A stretch of 24,615 nt of DNA, from positions 1 through 24,615 of the IMG/VR virus record IMGVR_UViG_3300022183_000069; one strand, 5' to 3'. The stretch is from a virus. Taxonomy: Duplodnaviria; Caudoviricetes. Each line of letters opens with the position of its first letter. Within the stretch, counting starts at the first letter, position 1. A model generated the notes under the pieces. The model made no database searches. It was not told where the DNA came from and worked only from the letters and a program-made list of their open reading frames with translations. Position numbers and translations under genes: made by a program. Shown here in pieces: positions 24,604 through 24,615 of this stretch.

Positions 24604-24615
24604 CAGACTCCCTCC

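Overview
Phage DNA, most likely a lambda-like siphovirus or prophage of picocyanobacteria. The host is inferred from a cyanobacterial-type ThyX and several small-protein families I recall from cyanophages. The + strand (1-20071) is the late tail and lysis arm: 5'-truncated tape measure, L-like, NlpC/P60 K-like, J-like tip, Dit/M-like, two tail-tube-fold proteins, a beta-helix tailspike, a long fibre with an autocleaving chaperone-type C-terminus, small lysis-region proteins, a GH24 + M15 endolysin, dCTP deaminase and an HNH nuclease. It converges on a - strand arm (20068-24615) of small early/replication genes that includes thyX and two SSB-like genes. Best hidden signals: (1) a candidate programmed -1 frameshift (A AAA AAG plus a downstream hairpin) that extends a 50-aa holin-like membrane protein to about 128 aa in the lysis cassette; (2) the fibre's C-terminal 725 bp, bracketed by direct repeats with a TAGT-N7-ACTA dyad and followed by a startless remnant of a different fibre C-terminus, which looks like a swappable tip cassette; (3) four small early genes that share a DNA-level 3'-end/RBS module; (4) recurrent TAnnnT boxes 19-24 nt upstream of gene starts. 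Five short ORFs missing from the supplied track were also read out by hand. All family assignments come from motif recognition, not database searches.
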